From Schmidtea polychroa (lineage: Eukaryota): DNA of 64,000 nucleotides. Position 1 is the first letter of the stretch, and the number at the start of each line of letters is the position of its first letter. The notes below the pieces were generated by a model. It saw nothing but the letters and a program-made list of their open reading frames with translations. It was not told the origin of the DNA and searched no databases. Shown here piece after piece: positions 24,638 to 39,723 of this stretch. The stretch is taken from assembly GCA_044892525.1 (NCBI GenBank), contig CM097885.1, forward strand, positions 19,654,001-19,718,000, given 5' to 3'. A program made the position numbers and the translations under genes.

Positions 24638-25399
24638 ATGCCTGCTTCAACCGCTACGAACAAGGATCTCCGTCCCTGCTTCTCCTGCGCAGATAAAAAC
24701 GCAGACATAGCACAACTCCACTCATACATTGGGGCACTGAAAAAGAGAATTGATCTCTATGAAGGCACGTGGTTCTCCCCGCCACAGATGAAGGAGGAGC
24801 GCAGTAAAATTCTTCGGTTGGAACATTGCCGGGACAGCCTCCTAGAGGAGAGTCGCTGTCAAAGACTGACGATCAAGGCGCAATCGGAAGCCCTCCACAA
24901 GGTCTACACGGAGGCAGAATTGGCCAAACGGGTACGAGAATTTCCCGTCTTGGAGGCCAGCAATGTTTTTCCCACTCACCACCAAAGTACTTCCACCGCT
25001 ACAACCAGTTGTCTGGGGCACGGCTCCTATCTGCCGCCTGTTCCAGCACCGGCCTTATATAGTTGTCAGCCGCCGGTAGGTGGTCCATCCGACCCTATCT
25101 TGGCTCCAGTTTTAGTGACATCAGTTACAGCACCCGATGCGGACAACCATCAACCACAGCGTAAAAGAAAACGGCCGACCCGAGCCGCCAAAAATCAAAG
25201 ACGTCGAGATGCAATCGCGGCTCTCGAGGCGTCGTTATTTGTGGCCAAGTCTTCTCTGGAGAAGTTATCGTCAATACCCTCTACCCCCACAAAGGAGATA
25301 TTCCGGGTGATCTCGCCCGAAGGGGTCCAGCTCGTGCGAGACCGTCGGTTACCGGTCGACATCGACGAGATGATCGCCGAAGGGGAAGTTTTCCCATAA
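24638..25399 (+). CDS. ORF1 (gag-like) of a putative DIRS-like retroelement, 253 aa
   Basis: Open ORF in a GC-rich island: CxxC, coiled coil, basic QRKRKR motif. Clearly homologous to 47440-48051 (-), which precedes RT/RNase H-like remnants. Confidence 0.5.
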   Translation: MPASTATNKDLRPCFSCADKNADIAQLHSYIGALKKRIDLYEGTWFSPPQMKEERSKILRLEHCRDSLLEESRCQRLTIKAQSEALHKVYTEAELAKRVREFPVLEASNVFPTHHQSTSTATTSCLGHGSYLPPVPAPALYSCQPPVGGPSDPILAPVLVTSVTAPDADNHQPQRKRKRPTRAAKNQRRRDAIAALEASLFVAKSSLEKLSSIPSTPTKEIFRVISPEGVQLVRDRRLPVDIDEMIAEGEVFP

Positions 25400-26289
25400 T
25401 TGGACGTGTCGTTGACCCATCTCTCATTCCACGCGATCAAGCTCAACAATCTTTATAAATGACTTAGATGATGCGTGTTGTGTACTCTCCTACGTGTTGT
25501 GATCGGCAATTTGTGTTCATATGTATCCTCAATTTCATTAATATAATCATAGTATTCGTTGTGTTGTCCCGTAAAAGTTATAGAGTGATGAGTTATGACT
25601 GGACGAATGGATTGGAATGATCATTGGAGAATGTGGGTCGTCCCCTTGGACCAGGGTCATACCGAGAATACATGACGAGTAGGGGTAAGACCTTCTTAGG
25701 CACCGAGGAACCTGAACTGAGAGGGGGTCCGTAGTAGTCCTAAGGCAGGGGCTCACCTGCGGACCAACTCCGACCCGTGTGAGCGGTACCAACGTGGGTA
25801 GATCATCACGGGCTCACATGAGGGAATATTTGTAAATCATGCGGGTTATGTGGGGGAAGGGCCCCGAGCTAAAGGAACATGATGCCAGCCGCACTACGAA
25901 TGTCCGTTTGACTCCTCCCATATACGCCCAACATTACTAAACGAATCTGGCACTACTCAAAAAGTTTTTTCTTTTCTCTTTAGCTTTCTTTTCGGCTTTG
26001 GTTTCAGTTTCTTTACTTCTTCGCAACAATTTTTAGGACCAGAATGGCGATTTATCTAAGTCGAAAAGTAGGTAGATATCCAGACGATGTAGCATGACCA
26101 TCCGATACCCCTACCTTCTCCCTTATGTCAATGTGAAGCACTATATTGACGAGGTACTTTCATAATTACATAAAATTCTCAGTCGACCTAGATATTTTAA
26201 AGGTGGGGGGGGCTAGTGGTGTAGAATGGACATGGTCTGGATGAGACACATCCATCTATGGTAATTGTTATTTTTGTTTAAAAAATATA

Positions 26290-27440
26290 ATTGATCCTGT
26301 TAGCGATCACAATCACTTTACCGGAAAATATTTGGGCACGGCTTGTTGTGCACGTAGTATCAATAGAAAAATTAATAAAATTTTACCAATTGTATTCCAT
26401 AACTTGACAGGATATGGCATGCCCCACATACTTAAATATGGCTTAAATAAATTTAAAAATTGGTCTTTAGGATGTGTTCATATTACATCAGAAAAATTTA
26501 TTTCTTTGATAGCCCATTTAGGTAAAATTAGTTTAAGATTCATCGATCCTTACCAGTTTGTTAGTGATTTTTTGGCAAAAGCTGTGAAAACTTTGAATGT
26601 ATTACCTATGACCAACTCTGTTTTTACTGGTACTATTGTTTCTGAAAAGGGTATCTTTCCTTACAACTTTTTTATTTCATTAGAAGTTCTTGAAACTATT
26701 TACAAGTTACCACCAATCTGGCAAGTTGTCACTGAAGATGAGTATGAAAAACTCAGGAGATTTGGAGTGAAACTAAAAAAACTTAAAACTCGATTGTTTT
26801 CTTTTGGCAGATTTCTTTTAACAATTCCGCTTGAAATCTAGCTCACAATAGGTTAGAACTATTGAATTATTTCGAAATTCCTGGTATGTCTTGGTCTTCT
26901 TCTTTAATGTCGATAGATGAACCGATTGAACTAATCACGGAAAAAGAAATGTTTAGTTTTTATGAGGGTGGAATAAGAGGATGTCTTACTTTTGTAAATA
27001 AACATTTTGTCAAAACTGAGGAAAGCATCGCGCTGCCTTATATTGACATCAATATATTTTTTATGTTTGGACTTGTGGTGAGTTTAGTTTGGTACTTGAT
27101 GGATTTGATTTTATATTGGCTGAATGTTTGAATTTCAATCTTGAATCTTTGTCCTATGGATACACTCTTGAAGTATATTTAGAAATTCCTTCTGAGCTTC
27201 ATGATAATTTTAATGATTTCCTTGTTGCAGCTGAAAAAACGAAACCAATTGGTTCATAGGTAGGAAAATTGTTATTGGCCCATTATCAAAAAATTGAATT
27301 ATGTGATTCACTGGAGATTATTAAAGTTATATTTGACTCTTGGTGTTAAAGTTACGTGTAAATAGTACTGTAAAGTTTAAACAAACTCCTTTTTTTAAAA
27401 AATGTATAGAGTTGAGAGCTAAAAGTACAAACACTTAAGA
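26290..27440 (+). pseudogene. Polinton/Maverick protein-primed DNA polymerase B remnant
   Basis: VSDHNHFTGKYLGTA, IVFHNLTGY, LRFIDPYQF, KGIFPY, FYEGGIRG, YIDIN and later LRAKSTN; multiple stops and frameshifts. Confidence 0.8.
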
Positions 27441-27801
27441 TTAAAAAAACAAAAAGTTATCAATCCTGATGAAATATTGATGGCCGACGCAGGCTTTTAA
27501 TCACATCCATGGGAAACAGGGAATGTTTTATTTAATGATGCACAAATTCGCCAGTTTCCATTAATCTCTCAATATGTCAAAGCCTTCGAAAATATTGAAC
27601 TATTAAAAGAATATGTATTGCGAACTTATCACATCGAATTATGGAAACCTTATTTGTCTCACCTAAAAGATGAATATAACAAGACTCCTAGTTTCAAAGA
27701 AAGAATAGCTCAAGCTTATGATTATGCAGAAGATAAAATGAGTTTGGATTTAAAGAGTTTTTTAATCTGATCTGAATATAAGAATTTCTTAAAATCAAAT
27801 C

Positions 27802-28030
27802 AAGTCAAACGTCAATATGCTGAGTGTCAAAAGATAATAACCACGCGTTGAATCTATCATCGGGCTATTGTTACGCCATTGCTTCGTATTGAGGCAATTT
27901 GGAGAGATTATAATGCTTTCGAAACTTCTATTAATAGCGTCATCGCTAAAAGATTTATCGAAGAGAGAAGTCGGGATTATAGGAACTCAAGGCGAGTTGC
28001 AGGAGAAATTGGAGCTTTGATTTCAAAAGA
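27802..28030 (+). pseudogene. CSTF3: CSTF3 (CstF-77/suppressor of forked) exon fragment
   Basis: YAECQKIITTR*IYHRAIVTPLLRIEAIWRDYNAFETSINSVIAKRFIEERSRDYRNSRRVA resembles CSTF3 [32 protein letters not shown]...KKMIEDRSRDYMNARRVA; contains an in-frame stop. Confidence 0.75.
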
Positions 28031-29282
28031 TGGTCAGACTCGAGAACATGATTTGTTGACTTATAGACTTGGAGTCATGGAAATTGATAAAAATAAATAC
28101 TTCTCATTTTTACTTAATACAAGTAGTATATTATCGTATCCATATCATTATTTGTAAGTAGTGCTATTATTATTCTATATCATTTAAATTATTTTTATTA
28201 TCATTATAATTGTTATTATTCTATTTAGAATTATTATTAAGTAACGGTGTTATTTTTTTATTGTCGGATGTCTTAATTTTTAAAATAAACAGTCCAAGCG
28301 TCGTGATACCAAGTGCAAGTCCCAATAGTAGAATAGTTTCGAAGTTTTGGCTCTCATCACTATGCAGGAGACGATTTCTTATCGCGCCAGGTAAGTATAA
28401 AATATTGGTGATTCAACTCTATTGCATACTTTCCCCCGTACACCGAAAATATAATATTGTAATCTCTGTACCTTGTTTTGTGTGTGTAATTACAAAGATT
28501 TGATATTTAAAATATAAATTGCTTAGAAATTGTTTCGAAGCGTTTTTGTCATTTTGATGTGAAAATTATGCCGTGACCTACATTTTAATTTGGACTTTGG
28601 AGCTCTTTACAGTTGAAAGCATATACATTTTCATTACCTACATAAAATTCTTAGTTGACCTATATATTTTTTAGAGGGGGAGGGGGGTCCAAGGGTGACA
28701 CTTTCATATTGGGTTTTTCTTTTATTCTGAACCAAAAATCAATTCAAGCCAAGGAATCACCTTAAACTGAGATTTAGCTCTTTTTGAATCAGACATGAAT
28801 TGGTCACGCATCATAATGGCCTTTATGTATATCAAACAAATTTTAAAGCGGTCTCTTACTATAATCACATTTCCAATGATTTTGGCAATCCAATGTCATT
28901 TTAAATAGCCAGTAGCAACTTTTCAGCTTTATTTATAAAATAATCATAAAACGATTTCATTATTATTAAATTAGATTGAAAAGTGTGATCCAGGATCAGA
29001 CACAACGATTTTACTATTATTATTACGACATATAGATCATAATATTCAAACATCTATTTACAAAATCATTATCTAATCAAACCAAGGATCAATCCAAAAT
29101 CAAATAAATCTAGCACAAAGATCAAAGATAAATCATTTAATTCAATTGGCAAAGATAAAATTTTACTTCGTATAAACAAACATTTAAAACAAAATATTAA
29201 TTAATCAATTTACATTCCACAGTCCAAGTGCAAAGCCAATCAAATCCATGAAATGGAGGTGCATAAAATCAATTAAAAATAT

Positions 29283-32200
29283 TTGTACCCGATTGGTTAT
29301 TTCAGCGTTGCAAATAATACAAGTGTGCAATCGATCAACACAATCAACAGAACAAATGGCCACATTGTAATGCAGTATTTACATTATTTTCCATGCAAAT
29401 GTTGCGCATCTAAATTGCAATATCTCATAATACAAATCCATATATTATTTACTCCTTTCTCCTTATCTTTATCACTCTTTTTGAAATTTTTACCAAAGAA
29501 ATCCTCGATTTCCTCTCTAACATTGATATCTGTATAAGAATCAATAATCTGCTGGAAACGAGAAGTAACCTTATAGATGTCACCACCTAAAGGGATTATT
29601 GTTTTAATAGTTGAGATCAGTCTTCTTTTGGAATAGGTTTATAAATCAATAAATATCAATATAAAATATCATTAGAAAATCAATCATTACATTATCGGAA
29701 ATCGATATTTCCAAATAATCGTGTCAATACCGTTTGTCCATCAGCATCCTCAAAATTGAATTCATTTGATTCATATATCAAAGCTTTCATCAAATCTTTC
29801 TCCTCTATCTTAATTGCCATTTGAAGAGCTGATTGGTTTTCAGGTTGAAAAATTTCGATTTGTTAATGGATTCCAATAGTTTCCACGCGCATTTCATTTT
29901 TCTTTTCCTTGATCATGAATGTTAATAAGGTTTCTACCGCTTCCAATGATCTAGGTTCCAATATTTCTATTCTTATAAGATGGTCAAACAATTCATTGTT
30001 ATTATTATTCACAGAATCACGGAGGAGATTTTCTATGATTGATTGCTGCAATAATGAACTCGATTTATCAAATAATAATTTCATTAGTTTGGTTTCAGCT
30101 TTCTCGCATGATTGAAATGTGACATTTGTAATATTTGAGAAGTAAATTGTCTGGAGAAGATTGATCAATATTTCTCCATATTCAAAACAATGATCGGTGA
30201 AAAACGTTTGAAAATCGATTGAGTGCAAACAAGTGCAAGCATTAGTCTCATAAATTGATTTATTGATAAATTTTAATAAATTTTACACATTACTTCCAAT
30301 AATTGATGCCGATTGAAATACAGTGATTCCATTGGTTTATTTGACATTGACATCAGCGCCATTTCTAATCAATATATTTGTGGTATCGAATAATTTATTC
30401 AAGTTCTACAATTGATTTTAACAAGCCAATCAAAATATTTCATTACTTCATCATTGATAACATTTGGTGGCTCGGCAAGCATCTCAAGCAATGGAGTGTT
30501 TCCGAAATTGTTAGCACTGTCAACTTGTGCTCCAGCATTGAATAGTGAACTGCATATATTCGATTGGAGCCATTTCACCGTCAGATGCAGCAATGAATTG
30601 TTGTATCCGTTTGAGCTGTTTGAATAAAGTCTGTGAACAAAACATGGGAAGAGTTCCATGAAATTTTAATAACAAAGTCAACGGATTCTCAATGACTGTC
30701 AATGAAATTATTAATTGTGCAAATGGAATGACAGGAAATAATCAATAAAATGAATGATTACATTGATATATTAAAAATCATAATTCTGGTTCAGTGATGA
30801 CATTTCTCTCTACTACTTTCTATTATTTCAGTAGAATGCCTCATATTCTTGCAAGGTTTAAAAATCATATTTTAGCACGAAATTATTATCTTATTACAAT
30901 AATCCAATTTAGTTACTGATAAATGTTGCATTTTAATTGCTATCATAACTAATTTGTAAAATTAAATATTAACTTTTAATTTTTTTGTTTTAATGTGTCA
31001 TTATATAAATGTTGTGTTCAATAATTTTAATTGATAAAATCATAACAGAATTTAATAGAAACGCAAATGATGAATATCAGATGATTATAAATAAAAATCA
31101 ATTAATTTTATAAATTAATTAAAAATTTTAGTTTGATAAAGTTTTACATCAATAAAAATATTACTATCGAAATAATAAAATTAAATAAATTAATTCATTA
31201 ATCAATTAACTAATAAATAATTTACTATTTTCGTTTCTGGAATATCGATTAATAATATAAATATAAAATTCAAATCAAATAAACAAACATTTTCTCATCT
31301 CAACAGATCTCACAACGGCACTCCGGTTCACCAGTTGTGCACAAACATTTATCATCCCTCGAATCTCTGCACAGTGCAAACCAGTCAATTCCATCTATAT
31401 CTCACATATATATTCAATATCAATTGATCGATCTATCAAATATTCACAATTGTCATCCAATAAAATGGAGTTTGCGATTATTAAATAATACTAATATATC
31501 AATATCAATATTGATTATTCAATTGATTTGCTTTGTTTCGTGTATTTGTATCAAGTTGATATTGCTGCAATACTTTGATGCATTTCCTATTATGCAGTGA
31601 ATTGCCTAGGCCAATGCAGTTCCCATTATCTAAAAATATATTGATTTGATTATTTCAATGAACACATAATTCATTATTTGTATTAATATCAACAATGTCC
31701 TGATTATCTAGGATAAATTTGACCATATCTGCATCATTGTCTGATATTGCTGTGCGCAATATTGTGAAATTGACCTTAAAAATAAATGAGATTTATTATT
31801 GATTTTACATTATTTTGATGTACCTTTTGTCGTGATTCCATCAGAATCATTCTTATATTTCTTTTTATATTCCTCTGAATTTTTTTCTTTGCTTTTTCAA
31901 TGACCTTGATCCATAACTGAATAATGAAATCAATGCTGATTTAATCAATTTCATTTCAAATTAGTTAATAATAATAATATTAATATTATTATTAATGATA
32001 AATATCATAACAGAATTTTATAGAAACGCAAAAAAGGCTATCCAAACTGTTGTAATCTGTTTTTTTATTATTTTAGAAGATAGATGTTTCTCCCAGGAAA
32101 TGCACAAAGATTGTTATGTGAATTATGTCTTTCTGTAACTAGAGATATTCATTTGAATGAAAATTCAAATCTCTTTATTGCTCTATTGATGGTATATGTT

Positions 32201-35050
32201 CATTGAAACTTCTTCATAAACTTGCGTTCGAATTGACTGTAAGGTTATTCAAACATCCTCAAGGATAACACCTCACAAATTCTTTTGAGGCATTCTAGGT
32301 TTTCCTTTATGGATTTTCGTTGATTCAATCTTTCAACCTTTTTGTATACACAGACAACACTCGCGACTATATGGTAATTTATATTTAAATAGTTTGAAAT
32401 TTTTTTTATGCTTTAGACTTGGATATACTTATCGAAAAATTATCTGCTCGTCGAATTTGACAACTTCATACTTACAGAGATTTACATTAACCCTTAATTC
32501 TTTTATTGTTTACATCATTATTAAAAAAGAAAAATCATGTCATAATAATAATAATAATATATCAATAAAATAACTTGTCAATAATCATTTATAAAATCTA
32601 ATTCAAATAAATCAATAGTTATGCCATTTCCACAAAGTTTATTAAATGAAATATTTTAACCTTAAATCGATCTGATACATTATAAAATATTTATTTAAAA
32701 TTCATAAATAAACCAATCAAATATTTTCTCACCGATTGGTCGTAAATCGTTTTCTTCATGATTAACAACCAATTCCAGAAATTACATCTCAGCCGAATCA
32801 GTATCAATACAAATCCAAATGATTATTTCACCTTAAGATTCTGCGCTGTCCATTGATGACCTGAGCTGAATTGAATCTCTTGAACCTGCTCATGTTCCCG
32901 CAAGTGATGCAGCGATATAGAATGCGCTGATATTTATTTATTGATTTTTTGAAATAATCAGCCCACTTCTTTCGTTAAATTGGCATTTTTGTCCATTTTT
33001 GCTGTCAGTAATTTCATTGCATTATTGATTTCTTATTGGTAAAAATATTAATTATATCAATCAATAAATCAATCAAACTTAATCATCAATTGGTTTGTCA
33101 AGGATTAATTTAATAATCTTAATAGCCTTGGACTCGATTACTCTATCCAGTACATCCAATCCAATCACAAATTTATATAAATATTCTGCATTATGAAATC
33201 AAAAAACTTGAACAAATCATCAAATGCGATTGCATTATCCCGTTCAATTGCAGGAAATAAATGAAATATTTATTCAAATTGATTCATAATGAAATATAAA
33301 TATAATTTCACCGGGTGAAATTCACCCAACCAAAACTTATATTGATGTGCTACATCCAGCGGACTCCTTTCTAAATAAATAATCCAATCAAAATATCTGA
33401 ATCAGCGAATCATCTAAACATTCCCATTCAGAAACAGATCATTAAATCCTTGTAGTAATAAGTGGCACTAAAACCACTGCAAAACCGCCTTCAACGTGTA
33501 AATACGTGTGAGATATCAAGCTAAAGAAATGGTTAAAAAAGGCATATGTGATCCGAATTACTAGCCATTGAAATAGCAGATTTGCATTTATAAATGAATT
33601 TTTTCAGTAGAAATCTTCAAATAAATGAAAGACATTTCAAAAGTTATTCATTCATTTGAAACATATAATAAAAAATCTTCGAGTATTAAATTGCCATTCA
33701 AGCTGCTGGAAAAACTTTTTCATTCATTTCGCGGCTTTGTAGAAATTATTTCAAAAGGAAAAATTTATTTCTGTTGAGATGTAATGAAGTGAATTAAAAC
33801 TTAAACCGATAACAAAGAAATTGCAAATCAAAAATGCTCAGTTTAATATGAAAAGTAGAGAAATGCTAATTTACAGAAAATCAATAAATTATTAACATTA
33901 TAACTGTCAGCCAGTCAAAATTGCTTGTTTTTCTATTTTTTGTTATGAATTATGTTATGACTTTTCTAACGATACGTATATGTTTATTATCATGAATTTT
34001 ATTTAGTGTTTGCTTAATTATAGAAAATGTTCTCTTTACTTTAGCTACTTATACCAACACCAGTCAAAATGACAGGTACTGTATGTCTCATATTAAAACG
34101 TAAACAATATGTGATGAGTATCTTGCGTGCACAAACTAGTAAAATCTTCAGTTGTGTTTGTTCTGTTTGCATTGTATTTATTGGTCTGATATGTTTTCAC
34201 AGTAAATACTTTCGATAATTTTGATAAAAATTCTATATAAAACGAATTCAAATATTTTAGAACTTTTTTTTCAAATTTCACCACTGATTTCTTTTCCATT
34301 GTATTTATTATTATCAACTGTTAATTATTTGTAAAAATGGCAAAATAATGAATATCGCCAAAATATTGGAATAATACAACTGACAAATTTCACAAAGTTT
34401 ATTTTCTTATATACGCCATTCCTACAATTATCATTTAATTAAACATAATCATTTACTGTCAATATTTTGCAACGTAATTTTATAGCCATCCAAAATCTCA
34501 GTGATATACCCATTAAATGTATATAATTTATTGTTAAATCTCTCCCAGCGCATCACAACTCACCAAATTTAATTGATATTTACAGAAAATCAATAAATTA
34601 TTAATAAATAAATTATTATTAATATAAAATGTAAATATTTACTTTTGTTAGGCAATCGTTCGGCGTTTTCGCAGCAGCAATAATTTCAATATTTCTGAAT
34701 TCCCTTTACTTTTTAGAATGAATTGCTTTCCATTAAAGCAATTTATCAATTAATTAATTATCTGCAATGATTATTTGCTTCATTGTCTTCAGATTCCATA
34801 TTGCAGTTGTGGTCAAGCAATAACCTGGCAATATCAACAAATTCAAACAGGCCCTGAAATCAGAAATATTAACCCAATAAATTCATATTACCAATCAATC
34901 TCGCATAATCAACAATTTTATCCATAAATTCTCCCCTCAAATTCTCCCTGACCTCTTCCACATTTCCACTCATCAAGTGCTCCTTGAAACATTAAAAATC
35001 CCCACAATGCAAATCATAATAAATATTTCACGCCATCTTGATATTTCCTT
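29283..35050 (-). pseudogene. Degenerate multi-exon ankyrin-repeat + C-terminal RING (Mind bomb-like) gene, left copy
   Basis: Ankyrin motifs DIARLLL.HNCNMESEDNE, TILRTAISDNDADMVKFILDN, SLLHLTVKW...LFNAGAQVDSANNFGNTPL, LIRNGADVNVK; RING xNICMENNVNTALQCGHLFC.DCVDRLHTCIICNAEITNRVQIF with a frameshift. Confidence 0.65.
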
Positions 35051-38000
35051 TCTGTTTTATCTATAAATTATTTCAAAATCAATAAATTTAATTATAATTT
35101 AATTAACAAGTTTAAAATCAATAAATATAATTTTAATTTAATTGAAAAGTTTAAAATCAATCTAACTTCCTAAAATTCAAATAGAAATAAATTAAATAGC
35201 ATCCAATCAATTCTCAAGGCCAAATTATAAATTTGAAACGATAAAACAAATCAATTGGAATCAATAATAATTGTTATATAATGGAATTGTTTGGCTTGAT
35301 AAAATTTATATTCAATATTCAATGCGGCAATCAAACGATCTGGCGTATTTCACCTATGCGGCAATTATTATCAATGATTACAATATTCCAGGGAGCTGCA
35401 AATATCATTATTCTTTGATAACTTTCAAATAATTTCCAATTATAATTTGCAAGCATATTACACAAATGCCTAAATATTATTTTAAATGCTTAATTTTATC
35501 CACTCAAATAATTCTAATAAATTACAATATTAATAACAATTTTATACAAATCATTTAATTGCTTTATAATTGATATTTCATAACATCATATATAATTGTT
35601 ACCTAAAACGAGTATATCAATTATTTAAATAATGAATCAAAATTGAAATTATATTAATAAATTCAAATTTCAAGCCTTAAAAAATTAAACATTTGAATAA
35701 TTAAAAAATTCAACAAATATACAAAACAAATATAAACAAATATACAAAAATATTACAATGAGAATATTTATAATTTGCAAAGAATATTAACACAAAACTA
35801 ATACATTTCACTAAAACTGGAAATAATAATGCTTAAATAAATCAGTAAATGTTTAACAAAATAAATAGTATTATTTTATAAATATAAATATTTTAATTTC
35901 AGATATATAATACATCAGTAAGAATGTAAGACACTACTAAATTTCAGATAAAAATTGATGAAAATTGAAATTTGGTAACAATATCATAGGAAACGATTTA
36001 AACTTGCTAGGTTAAGTAGGTTGGCTTGATAAGCTTACTTTATCCATGGAAACTATCCATGGCTTAGCAACATTTTTATTGTACCAGGTTTGTAGTTTAT
36101 AGCAAAAGGTGAGTTTTACAATTAATACTTCTAATTCTTTGACAAATCTTGGGTTACTAGACGACCGTTTGTAGGTATGTGCCTGAATGACTCATTCGCG
36201 TTCCACCTCTTTTCCCTGTCACTACACTATCCTCTTTTGAACTTGGTCTTATATATTATTCTGCTTACTTCTTCTCCTGTGACGTTATCAAACATTCTCA
36301 GTTTACCATTTCGTATGTTTTTCTTATTTGGGAATCAACTACTCCATGACTAGCCCATGATCTTATGCCCATATTTAATAACTTCCTCAGCATCAACAGG
36401 ATTTGCCGCCGCAGTGGAGATTACATTCAGTTTTTTACGGGAATAATAAATGGCCATTTTCGAATGAGAACGGAGATAATATCAGCAAATAACAGCAAAA
36501 ATTGAATATATATTTGTTAGCAAATCTTTCTCTCATTTCCTATTATCAAGTTAGATGACATCCATCGAGCATGTTCCATAACAAAGAGACATTTTTAAGT
36601 CTCCCCTTTTCATTTGTTCCATTTTGATTGGCTTTTAAATCTATCAATTAGACCTAAATGAAAGATGTTCTGTGATAAATTGCTCTTTAGTTAGAGAAAC
36701 ATTCAAGGGAAAAATTCTTTAATATTCGGTTTAATAGTGATATCAAAATCATATCACCTAAACCAAATGCCGATTAAATCGATTTTAATTGTAATAAAAT
36801 GTTGAAATAGAAACACTCTGTAAATTGGAATAAGTTTTATATGATTTCTAAAATAACTTTGAACCCTCCCTTGATGATGAGCCCCCCCCTCATGTTCCCT
36901 TTACAGTATGTCTTGCTATTCAGCTGGGATTTTCATTAATAGATGATATAACAACCAATTACATATTTCCGGACTAAAAGATCACAAATTACTGTTTGAT
37001 TTATCAACTGGGACTTTGAGCTGGTTGTTTTCTTAGACGTTCTTCACAAATTTATTCAAATACTCAAGTAACTTCTTTTCGTTTAATTTTTCAACTAATT
37101 CTCTTCTTCAAATCTTCTCCAATAAATATTCTTCAAAATCGTTTTCTTTACAATTATTTTTCACAAATCGTTCCTCCCATAACGTTTCGTCCAACGTTAT
37201 ATAATTTTTCCCAATAATTTTATCTCCTCAGTTTGTCTCTCAATCTGTATCTAATTTTTGTCTCAATTTGTGTCCACTAGTTTCCATTTATATAGTTATT
37301 TCATTTGTGGCACTGGCGACAGATTTTGTTTTCCCATTTCATTTTGTCTTCTGTGTTCCCCGCTACGTCAGCCTTATCTCTGACAGATGCCGAGATATTT
37401 TTCCTTTTCCATTTTTTGTTAAGCCGCCTTCAACCGGCAATTCCGCTATCTTTGACAACCTGTCAAGATACGGCTTTTTCCCATATTTTATTTTTCTGAA
37501 ATTTGAAATTCCACTTTCATTTATATTTCTTAATTAACAATGACCTTTGTTTTAGTCTCTTGTTTGTTTTCTTTTATTTGATTTATCTTTCTCATTTTTA
37601 ATTTCTTTTTACTTCCGTTTTCTTTTCTGAGTTCCCATAGATCGTCCCGTTTGTCATGACGATCTTCCTCAGGTAATTTATTTATTTAATATGCTATTTA
37701 TCATTTAAGTATCCTCAACATTTTCATTAATCCAACAGTATCTAGCACAATTGCCTCATTGGTCAATATTTCCCTTATTCGAATATCATCAATTTTGCAC
37801 TGATTTAGGAACTCATTTAAGATATTACTTATAGGACTTTCGTAAAATCTGAGGTTACGCGGACTTAATACAATATGTTGTTGTGGTGGACAGTGATTTT
37901 GACCGTCTTGTTATTAATTAAGGTTGTGTTTATGGAAATAGGGGGATAAAATTATATCAAAATAATAATGAAACATTTCAAATAGATTATATATAAATTT

Positions 38001-38117
38001 TAAAAATGAAAAATGTATAAATGTCTTAAGGACAAATAGGGATATAATTTTAACTTTTTCTTGAGAAAAAAGAAGATTTACTTTTGAAAGTTCTGACACC
38101 AATTGTAGAAACATATA

Positions 38118-38459
38118 CTAAAATTGTACAATATATTTATTGAAAGTGACACCAAATCGGCCGATCATAGAAATATCTGCAACAGTAGTCTGGGCTTCCA
38201 TGGAAGCATTGATACCTGATCTGGTGATTGTACCAAGATTGTTGATGAGTTCAGCTTTGGTCATACCGACCCCAGTATCGTACAATGTCAAAGTATTGAA
38301 ATCTTTATCTGGAATAATTTTAATCATTAAGTCCTTTCGGATATACAAGACTGATGGGTCCGTCAGGCTCTTGTAACGAACTTTTTCGTGAGTATCACTA
38401 GCTTTGGAAATCAAATTGAGAGATTTCAACTCGGAAAGCAAAGGTTTAAGCTTCTCCAA
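38118..38459 (-). pseudogene. HSP90: HSP90 N-terminal ATPase-domain fragment
   Basis: [20 protein letters not shown]...[27 protein letters not shown]...[11 protein letters not shown] is the canonical HSP90 N-domain. It is truncated and has no middle or C-terminal domains. Confidence 0.88.
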
Positions 38460-39611
38460 GGTTTGACATTTTTTTAATACATTTTAATAAGAATTAACGT
38501 GATGATGTTGGAAAGAAACAGGAATCGTATTTTTATGAATATTTAATCAATCATTTTTAATTTAATTAATTTAATAATGTATTTTAAATGTAATTATTAA
38601 ATTGATATATTTATTAATTTGCAAGTCAGAGGCACTACATAATGTAAGATATTTTTTAAGAAACAACCCCTTCAATACGTTAACCAACAACGAATAGAAG
38701 AAATCAGATACTGACGCTCTCGGTTCAAAATGAGTACGGCGACGTGCTAGAAATTAATTATCACCCACCCAATCCTAAGTAAACCAAAATACCTAACGAA
38801 AATGGCAGAATGAGTTCATCGGTAAGAGATATTGGGCCAGCTCGTAGCAGAGACCAGACAGGAAGTGGAAGCCCCAAATAAAATAATATGACAGAGGCCA
38901 TATTCACGAAGTGACAGTAACAAATTATCATAATAAATTTTTAATAAAGTCAACGAAAGTATCAAAAGTATCAACTCAAACCAATACAGTCCAGATCCGA
39001 GAGACTATTATAGACTGACCTGTGATTTATTTTGTGATCATTAATCAAACTGATATCTTATCGGTGATCTCCATTGCGTAAATCTAGTAATATTGACATT
39101 TTATGTTTTGGCTTTCGATAATTTTTGTGCAATACCATATACAATTATAATTTTATTATTTTATCGCTCACTATCATTTCCACCGCTTTAACTGTCGGGA
39201 CGAAAATCTTGTTAGGGCGATAACATGTTACGTTTAATAACAAAAATTTATTAATTGCAAAAAAAAATAAATAGCAAAAAATATCAATTTATAATTACTA
39301 AATATTAGGCAAATAGAATTATAATAATTAATTAATAAAATTAATAGAAATTGATATAAAAATATTTAATATAAATAAAAGGTCAAGTTTGTAGAAATAA
39401 GTCGCTAATTTTTTACAATTATTAGTCTTCATAGATTGTAAGTACGCATAGATCAGCCGTGAATCAATAAATTTCAATGTACTTAATTACAGAGCCCCTA
39501 CAATAATACAATACAAAATGACAATACAATACTATGAAATTATGAACTAGACATTTAATAATTTTCTATTCGAACATACTGCTTTCACCAAATCATTTCT
39601 GATACGCACGG

Positions 39612-39723
39612 ACAGATACGCCCCGACAGATACACACTAACAGATACGCCAACAGATACGCCCCGACAGATAAACCCCGACTGATACACACTGAAAGATG
39701 CACACCAACAGATACGCCCGATA
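39612..39723. repeat. Minisatellite of 12-15 bp CAGATACGCCCCGA-like units, 100 bp upstream of STRA6-like paralogue 4
   Basis: About 8 degenerate units (cagatacgccccga, cagatacacactaa, cagatacgccaa...). Confidence 0.8.

Larger units (their letters stand above)
27212..35254. repeat. Left arm of a large inverted segmental duplication
   Basis: Colinear reverse complement of 50545-61093, checked at many anchors, e.g. 30399-30659 vs 55037-55297, 29283-29537 vs 56176-56430, 28210-28503 vs 57150-57440. Confidence 0.92.

Noticed and set aside
36100-37700. Possible LTR gag/protease remnant on the minus strand
   Set aside because: Lys/Glu-rich broken frames and only a doubtful zinc knuckle; no diagnostic motif.
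39612-39723. Possible CRISPR array
   Set aside because: Units are 12-15 bp, tandem and degenerate with no unique spacers, and no cas genes are present.
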